A stretch of DNA of 30,315 nucleotides from a virus. Lineage: Duplodnaviria > Caudoviricetes. Position numbers and translations under genes: made by a program. The stretch is taken from positions 1 to 30,315 of IMG/VR virus record IMGVR_UViG_3300026138_000017; one strand, written 5' to 3'. The notes below the pieces were generated by a model. That model saw nothing but the letters and a program-made list of their open reading frames with translations, was not told where the DNA came from and made no database searches. Shown here piece by piece: positions 23,986 to 30,315 of this stretch. Every line of letters starts with the position of its first letter. The stretch's first letter is position 1.

Positions 23986-25208
23986 TATCTAAACACTCCC
24001 GAATATGCTTGTGGTACTCTTGATGCTAAATCATCTAAGAATTGGTTTTTAATACCTGGGCTATTAATATATTTTTGTCTTATTAGTTTATCAAATTCCA
24101 TATAATCTCCATTAGCTTTAACAATTAAATCATCTACATTGTCTTGTTGGCTTTGTGTTAGCTTTACTAATTGTCCACCAGTAGTTCCATTAATAAGTTT
24201 AGATGCTCTATTAGAATAGTAACCATTCCAGGTAGCGTAGTTTGAACCTTTAAACATTGGATATAATACATCGTGTTGCATTTGTAATTCATTCTTTACA
24301 CCTTCTATATCTCCTGCTCTAACTCTTGCAGCTATTTTATAAAATGAATTGTTTTCTACCATAGCTTCGTAAGCACCAACTCCTAATGTATCCATAATTA
24401 AACCTTTAGCAGTTGATTGTCCTGTATTAACACCAGTAAATTTTCCAACAAAATCTTGTAATCCTTCCGGTAATAAATCTTTACCACCTAACATATCCAA
24501 ATATGTACTATCATCAATGTAATCTAAATATGTATCTACTTCATCCGGTAGTATTTGGCCTGTTGTTACCATCATTGATATGGTTTTAGATAATTCATTT
24601 ACTGGCCCTGTCATATTCCTGGATATAATTCCTTCTTTAATACTGGCCAAATTAGTTTTTATATCTTTAGCGACTGCATCCGGGTCAGTGTAATACTTTA
24701 TCATAAAGTTTCTTTCGCCTTCAGTAGAGTTTTGATACCATTCTGTATCTTCTAAATCATCAGTAGATATTGGTGTTCCAGTTAAAGAAGCAGCTAAAAA
24801 TGCAACTTGTACATCTGTGTCTAATAACCACTTCATACCATCTTTTTGTGCTTTAGCTTCAAACTGTGCTTCTACTACATTAAATACACCTGTGTAATCT
24901 TTTTCTTCTTCTCCTGTTAGTATCTCACTAACTAATAAATCTTCGTGTCCTCTATATGCATAATTATACTTAGCAGCAAAACTAACTATATCTAATGGTT
25001 CGGGTTCTACACCTACTGTAATAAAATTAGGGTTATCTATTTTAGCAAGAATAGGGAAGTCACCTAATGCTTCATCAGTATCAAGATATACTGCATATAC
25101 AACACCATCAATTTCTATAATATCTGTTGGTTGGAATACAAACTGGTTAGTTAATAATCCTTGTTTATTATCATCTTCCATAAGTATATTGTGGAATAAA
25201 TCCCTCAT
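23985..25208 (-). CDS. Putative internal virion protein (start may be ATG 25181)
   Basis: Long ORF coupled to its neighbours. Confidence 0.5.
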   Translation of the reverse strand: MRDLFHNILMEDDNKQGLLTNQFVFQPTDIIEIDGVVYAVYLDTDEALGDFPILAKIDNPNFITVGVEPEPLDIVSFAAKYNYAYRGHEDLLVSEILTGEEEKDYTGVFNVVEAQFEAKAQKDGMKWLLDTDVQVAFLAASLTGTPISTDDLEDTEWYQNSTEGERNFMIKYYTDPDAVAKDIKTNLASIKEGIISRNMTGPVNELSKTISMMVTTGQILPDEVDTYLDYIDDSTYLDMLGGKDLLPEGLQDFVGKFTGVNTGQSTAKGLIMDTLGVGAYEAMVENNSFYKIAARVRAGDIEGVKNELQMQHDVLYPMFKGSNYATWNGYYSNRASKLINGTTGGQLVKLTQSQQDNVDDLIVKANGDYMEFDKLIRQKYINSPGIKNQFLDDLASRVPQAYSGVFR

Positions 25209-26946
25209 CCTCCTGTTCTAATTCTTCAGTGAGATTACTAAATATTATATCATACACTGGTTTACTTATTTTATAACTAATAGAATACTTGTCACTTACT
25301 TCACCAAAGTTATCCCAAAAGCCTTCATCAGTTGTTCTTGCTTGATAAATAGCATTTGATATATCTCCTAGCAGTAATGCAGTTTCATATCCTGCATAAG
25401 CTAAAGCAAGTGGTCCAGTTGCACCAGCTACACCTATTCTTCCTAACGCAGGTAATACTGCTTTAGTAATTACCTGGTCCCCAATGTCTAGTTTTTCTAA
25501 CACACTAAATACTTTTTTAAATACACCAGGGTTTTTATTCATAATCTGTTTGGCTTTATTTAAATTTTCTACACCATCTGATTTAGATATAACATTATCT
25601 ATATCATCTACTACATTTGTAGGTGTGTCTATAGATTTATTTAAATCTTCTACTAATTGGTCGGGTGTTATATATCGTGGGTCATATGGTAAATCTTCCT
25701 TTACATCATTAATACTTATGCGGTTTAATTTTTCTCGCATATCATCATCAATACGATTTTCGTATATGTTCATACTTACATAATCAGCAATAAATTCACC
25801 AGCAGTTAGGTTTTTAGATGCATTTATATCTTTAGCAAAATTTGGGTCAAGAGTAACATCGTATGCTTTTCTACCTGCTATTTCCTGGAACCTATTCATA
25901 TATGTTTTATTAATTTGAAATGGTAAATCTGTATCTATTCCATCAAACACTTTAAAGCTGGTAGTAAACTGTGCTGGTTCTTTAGTGCTAAATATCATAT
26001 CACCAAATGCATCTCTCATTGGGTCCACTATTGACCCCATATTGACAAACATTCTTTCAACATCAGAATTGTGTGTTGATTGAAAAATTGTTGATGGTGT
26101 GTTCTTGAAGTTTATATATCTTTCTTGTAAATCAGTCATTTCTTCAAAGAAATATTTTATTTGATTTTTTACTACTTGTGCATCATTAGGTACATTTTTA
26201 TAAAGTAAATCTCCAGGGTCCCTTGTAATCCATAATTCATCTAATACATCAACCCTAAATACTTCTGCTATGTCATCATCTAAATTATCTATTTGGTCGT
26301 GCAACTCTATAAGCTGTATCGTAAATGGCCTTACACCTTCAGTAGATGGGAATGTAGCATACATTTGATATAGCTCATTAGCTCGTATATCATCTAAAAC
26401 TCTTACTTTTAATTCAAGACTGTTTGATAAGTCCTCAACTTTTATGTCACTATCCATTAATGCTTCACTGGTTTCTGTCAATATTGTTTTTATATCCCAG
26501 CCATCATCACTAACTGAAGGTATCTCTAAACCAAAATCATTAGATAATTCCATTGCAATATCGTAGACAGCTTCACTTGTTTCATCGTATCCAGTCCATA
26601 AAAAATCCGGTAGTGTCAAATCACCTAAAGTTTCTGTTTCTTCAAATGCTTTATAATTTTCTAATGCATAGTCAATAAGAGTTTCCAGTCTTATTTTTCC
26701 CATATTGCTATCTATTTTGTTAGTGTGATTAAACAATACACTTGTGTGTGTTGTGTATGCATCTCCTGGAGTTCCTTGTATAAGATTAGAGATAATACTC
26801 ATACGCCAGTCCTCTGCGTTTTTCATATAAAAGCCATCAACTGTTTTAAAATTTTCGGGATTACCGAACTTTATAGCATCATTAATAACTGATTTAATAG
26901 CATCAGTTATCATTTGAACTTCTCTAATACCTAGTTCAACTGACAT
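25171..26946 (-). CDS. Large acidic hypothetical protein with a C-terminal hydrophobic Gly/Ala segment (putative ejection protein)
   Basis: 591 aa; AVLPALGRIGVAGATGPLALAYAGY segment near the C-terminus. Confidence 0.5.
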   Translation of the reverse strand: MSVELGIREVQMITDAIKSVINDAIKFGNPENFKTVDGFYMKNAEDWRMSIISNLIQGTPGDAYTTHTSVLFNHTNKIDSNMGKIRLETLIDYALENYKAFEETETLGDLTLPDFLWTGYDETSEAVYDIAMELSNDFGLEIPSVSDDGWDIKTILTETSEALMDSDIKVEDLSNSLELKVRVLDDIRANELYQMYATFPSTEGVRPFTIQLIELHDQIDNLDDDIAEVFRVDVLDELWITRDPGDLLYKNVPNDAQVVKNQIKYFFEEMTDLQERYINFKNTPSTIFQSTHNSDVERMFVNMGSIVDPMRDAFGDMIFSTKEPAQFTTSFKVFDGIDTDLPFQINKTYMNRFQEIAGRKAYDVTLDPNFAKDINASKNLTAGEFIADYVSMNIYENRIDDDMREKLNRISINDVKEDLPYDPRYITPDQLVEDLNKSIDTPTNVVDDIDNVISKSDGVENLNKAKQIMNKNPGVFKKVFSVLEKLDIGDQVITKAVLPALGRIGVAGATGPLALAYAGYETALLLGDISNAIYQARTTDEGFWDNFGEVSDKYSISYKISKPVYDIIFSNLTEELEQEDEGFIPQYTYGR

Positions 26947-27032
26947 TATTCCTCTTCAGATTTTTTAGATTGTTCCTTCATCTGTCTAAGTTCTTCAGCT
27001 ATTTCTTCAATAGTTTTCATTTTAACTGACAT
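26946..27032 (-). CDS. Small charged peptide (28 aa, MSVKMKTIEEIAEELRQMKEQSKKSEEE)
   Basis: Hand translation; starts 2 nt after the upstream stop; TAATG overlap with the next gene and supplies its SD (GAGG). Confidence 0.55.
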   Translation of the reverse strand: MSVKMKTIEEIAEELRQMKEQSKKSEEE

Positions 27033-27034
27033 TG

Positions 27035-27367
27035 CTATTCACCTTGTATTCTTTTAACCATCTCTAATAATGATTGAGCTTCTTCATTTTGTGGAAACTG
27101 TGTATTAGGTGGTTCGCTCTCTAACATACCTGCTCTAGCTAGAGCTTCTTTTGTAGGTCCACCTCCACCTTGTGCAAGTCTATTAACTATAGTTTTTAAA
27201 TCATAAGGGCTATCCTTTACCGATGACATAAATTTAAGCAATGAATAATAGCTTTTAGCTGGTTGTTTAAACAATGAGTTTTTAGCTTGTGGTTCCGGCC
27301 TTCTAGGAAACTTAGTGTTTGGAGTAGGCATTGGGTCCACTGATGTTTCTGTATTATTTTCTTCCAT
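27035..27367 (-). CDS. Hypothetical Pro-rich protein
   Basis: TAATG coupling; internal repeat PNTKFP/PNTQFP. Confidence 0.65.
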   Translation of the reverse strand: MEENNTETSVDPMPTPNTKFPRRPEPQAKNSLFKQPAKSYYSLLKFMSSVKDSPYDLKTIVNRLAQGGGGPTKEALARAGMLESEPPNTQFPQNEEAQSLLEMVKRIQGE

Positions 27368-28842
27368 TATTTATCTTCCATTCCTATTTGGTTCATAGAT
27401 GCTTCAAAAAAGTTAGTACCATATTGTATTTTTTGTAGTTCTTCAACAGATGCTACTTCTCCTTGTATTTTAGGATTAGCTAATAAATGCTGTTCAATAG
27501 CATCTAATGCATTTAATGGTTGTGGTATCTCACCTTTACCTTGCATTAATACTTCGTATCCTGGAATTATTAGAGGCAATGCACTACCAGGTAATGGATG
27601 TTTAACATATCCTTCTCCTGGTTGTTGTCCTGCTATACCAACTGTACTTCCTAAAATAATATCTTTGTCTGTTATTAAACTCTCTTCGTATGCTCTTTGT
27701 GATGCTGCAGATTGTGCTAATCCAGCATTTACATCTTGTGCAAATTCTACATAATCAGCATCAGTAAAATTAATTCCTAATAACGCACCTACTTGGTCCA
27801 TAAGTTCTTTAATTTGTGTAGGATTAGCTTTAGTTTGTTGTTCAAGATTTAACATATCTTGGTACATATCCGTAAAGTTTTGTGTTTCTGTATATATTTG
27901 TTCTTGTTCTGTAAGAGTAGTTTCATACATAGGAATATTCGCATTCATATCTTTTTCCCAGTTTCCACTATCAGTTGCTTTAATAAATATTTGGGCCATA
28001 AAAGTAGCATCTTTATCTGTCCACTGGCCAAACTCAGCTGGTGGTCCTGCATCGTGTCCTGCTCTTACCATTCGTTGTTTTAATATAAATATATCACTTG
28101 GGTCCATATCAATAAAGTTTCTATACTCTGCACCTTTATAGAATGGTGCATCGTACTCTACAGGATTTCCATTTTCATCCGTTTCAGTTTTAGAATATAC
28201 TGTTCCACCTTGTGTAGTTGAATATCCCCACGCTGGATGACTTGACCTATAAGTACCAGCTGGGTCAGCAATAATTTCTCCGCCTTTAGTTCTTTCTTCT
28301 AATTTTTTCTCTTTATCTCTAGCACTTTGAAAATCAACACTGTCAAGAGTTTTATTTATGTCATCTATTATGTCTTGTGTATTTGTTTGTGTACCACTTC
28401 CAAAAAATCCTGGTTTTTGAAATGTATATGTTGTTGCACCTTTAGCAGAACCTTCAGTCGGTCTATCAATTACCGGTTCAGCACTTTTAATTTCTGCATC
28501 AGCTTTTATTATGAACTCTGTTAATTTATCTATATTTTGATTTAGTGTCACATCATTGTATAAAGCTATTGTGTCATCACTAAATATACCTTGTAAATCA
28601 TCGTTTTGAAATATTTGATTTATATTAAAAGTTTGAGTATCAGCATCAACTGATGTGCCTCTTTCATTTACTTTTGCGACATTATATTCATATGCAGCTT
28701 GTGCTAGATAATAAGTTATTATTTGTTCTATAGTTATAACACCTTCGGGTAAATTACTAAATTCAGCAACTTCAATACCAGTGTCACCACTGCTACCTTC
28801 TTCAAGGTCTAATATATTATTCTCTTCTTCTCCGTTGGCCAT
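27367..28842 (-). CDS. Putative internal virion protein
   Basis: 491 aa, acidic; TAATG coupling at both ends. Confidence 0.5.
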   Translation of the reverse strand: MANGEEENNILDLEEGSSGDTGIEVAEFSNLPEGVITIEQIITYYLAQAAYEYNVAKVNERGTSVDADTQTFNINQIFQNDDLQGIFSDDTIALYNDVTLNQNIDKLTEFIIKADAEIKSAEPVIDRPTEGSAKGATTYTFQKPGFFGSGTQTNTQDIIDDINKTLDSVDFQSARDKEKKLEERTKGGEIIADPAGTYRSSHPAWGYSTTQGGTVYSKTETDENGNPVEYDAPFYKGAEYRNFIDMDPSDIFILKQRMVRAGHDAGPPAEFGQWTDKDATFMAQIFIKATDSGNWEKDMNANIPMYETTLTEQEQIYTETQNFTDMYQDMLNLEQQTKANPTQIKELMDQVGALLGINFTDADYVEFAQDVNAGLAQSAASQRAYEESLITDKDIILGSTVGIAGQQPGEGYVKHPLPGSALPLIIPGYEVLMQGKGEIPQPLNALDAIEQHLLANPKIQGEVASVEELQKIQYGTNFFEASMNQIGMEDK

Positions 28843-30314
28843 TATCTATCCTTTATATTTGTTGGGTTCACTGGGCTTATTTCGTAAAACAACACTTCAT
28901 TAGCTAATTGTCTAAAGTTTGTGCCTTCACTTTTAGCTACAATGTCCTCCCATATAAATCTCATTATTTCCTGTGCTTCTAAGTAATCATTACTGTTACC
29001 ACTTAACACTTTTCTAGTTCTTGAAGAACCTCTAATTCTTAAATTTTCAGTTTGTCCATACCTGTTAGTGTATGTGTAATTTCCATTATTAAGAAATACA
29101 TCAAGAACTTCATTTCTTCTTTGTACATATTCTACTACAAATGGATACTCCGGTGAATTTTTAGTAAGTTCATAATTATCCCAGTCATCTAATTCAGCCA
29201 TAATAGTTTCTATCTTCGCTCTTTGTTGCCTGCCTACAAAGTTGTAAATATTAGCAATACCATACTCTTCTTGTATTTGTTGCTTGGCTTCTGCGTATGC
29301 ATCATCCCAATTTCTTTCCGGTTCAGTATTTCTTATTTCTACCTTCTTTTTTTCTAGTTCAAAGATAGCTTGTGACTGTTGCATAAACTCTGCATATTGT
29401 TGTGGTTGTAAGTTTTGAGTTTCTATTTCATAGAATGCTGGATAATATAAATCATCTTCTATTCTATCCGGTTGTATATACACACCAGTATTTGGTAATG
29501 CACCTGGTTCTAATATTTTTTTTCTATCATCTACATTCCACCAAAAGTATGAATGTTCTTTAACTGGTTTTTTACCAAGACTTTGGTTCTTAGATTGTGT
29601 TAATGGAATTGGATTTATACCAAATTTTTCTTCAAAGTCTATATCTGTTTGTATGTAATCATAACCATTCTTAATTAACAACTCATCGTATTTAGATTTT
29701 AATACTTGTGTTGTCCACCAAGTACCATCTTTATCTTCTACTTCTATCCTTGGTTGTATTCCAGTAGGCAATGTAAATTGTGTAGTTCCTCTAAATATAA
29801 ATAATTGTCTAGCTTGTACAAATGCTTTTTCCATATATTTATCTATACTTGCTTGGTCTTTTTGGTCTACTTTACCTGCTAATACATATCCTGTGTAAGT
29901 ATCCATAACTGCTGTTCCAAATTGTGCTTGTCGTTCTGCACTAAATGTATCTTCACTTGTCATAAATTTTTGTAACCACGCTGGCCATTGGTCAAATGGA
30001 TTACCTCTACCAAATGAACCTAGGAAAAAGTCTTGTATGTTTTTAGGAACAGGCATTGCGTTAGCAATTATATTGGCTGGAATTGTAACTAATGGTCCAA
30101 ATCCTGGTGCGAAACCATTCTGTGCAATTAAGTTAAGCCCACTAGCATATCCAGGTATTGTCATTCTTACACCTTCATCTTCTAAATCTTCACCAAATGC
30201 AGCTCTATTAGCTACTGCTTTTAATGCCCTACCACCGACACCAAATGTTAATAAGTTAAGTGCATCTACATAGTTAAACATCATCTTGCCTGTTCTTGGG
30301 TCCTCTTCTAAGAA
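28842..30314 (-). CDS. C-terminal part of a large putative internal virion protein, truncated at the window edge
   Basis: The frame stays open upstream of ATG 30284 (FLEEDPRTGK-MMFNY) to the end of the window. Confidence 0.65.
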   Translation of the reverse strand, partial: FLEEDPRTGKMMFNYVDALNLLTFGVGGRALKAVANRAAFGEDLEDEGVRMTIPGYASGLNLIAQNGFAPGFGPLVTIPANIIANAMPVPKNIQDFFLGSFGRGNPFDQWPAWLQKFMTSEDTFSAERQAQFGTAVMDTYTGYVLAGKVDQKDQASIDKYMEKAFVQARQLFIFRGTTQFTLPTGIQPRIEVEDKDGTWWTTQVLKSKYDELLIKNGYDYIQTDIDFEEKFGINPIPLTQSKNQSLGKKPVKEHSYFWWNVDDRKKILEPGALPNTGVYIQPDRIEDDLYYPAFYEIETQNLQPQQYAEFMQQSQAIFELEKKKVEIRNTEPERNWDDAYAEAKQQIQEEYGIANIYNFVGRQQRAKIETIMAELDDWDNYELTKNSPEYPFVVEYVQRRNEVLDVFLNNGNYTYTNRYGQTENLRIRGSSRTRKVLSGNSNDYLEAQEIMRFIWEDIVAKSEGTNFRQLANEVLFYEISPVNPTNIKDR

Positions 30315-30315
30315 A

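Noticed and set aside
9356-30273. Shadow ORFs in the late region (e.g. 9356-9547, 10249-10434, 11041-11376, 15295-15522, 15596-16057, 17231-17737, 18148-18414, 21217-21741, 21458-21676, 22149-22517, 23884-24105, 25484-25783, 27859-28083, 28327-28524, 30037-30273)
   Set aside because: Antisense or out-of-frame to coupled minus-strand genes; the Thr-rich 15596-16057 ORF simply mirrors GGT Gly codons.

Overview
Most of an AT-rich (roughly one-third GC, estimated by eye) tailed dsDNA phage genome, probably short-tailed/podovirus-like. An actinobacterial host such as a low-GC marine lineage is an inference from the r1t-like holin, PGRP-type amidase and leaderless genes. Layout: (i) 1-700, tiny minus-strand genes running off the left edge; (ii) about 700-1960, a divergent non-coding control region with promoters and structured RNA candidates; (iii) 1970-8570 (+), an early module with an SprT-like metalloprotease, small hypotheticals, an HTH protein, a Rad52/Sak-like annealing protein, a lytic transglycosylase and a PD-(D/E)xK-like protein; (iv) 8586-30315 (-), a late module with putative internal virion proteins, scaffold, major capsid, tail proteins, a Gly-rich fibre, an enzyme cluster (flavin-dependent halogenase-like, 2OG-Fe(II) oxygenase, three DUF6065-like paralogues), lysis genes and a metallophosphoesterase. 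No terminase, portal, integrase or DNA polymerase is recognisable. The most striking signals are a 10-bp palindrome TGTTTAAACA found at least 16 times and four covarying ~50-nt hairpins centred on it that separate the first early genes like cassettes. Also notable are several pseudoknot/anti-SD RNA candidates and the tail-linked modification enzyme cluster. All product calls come from motif recognition by eye, not database searches.
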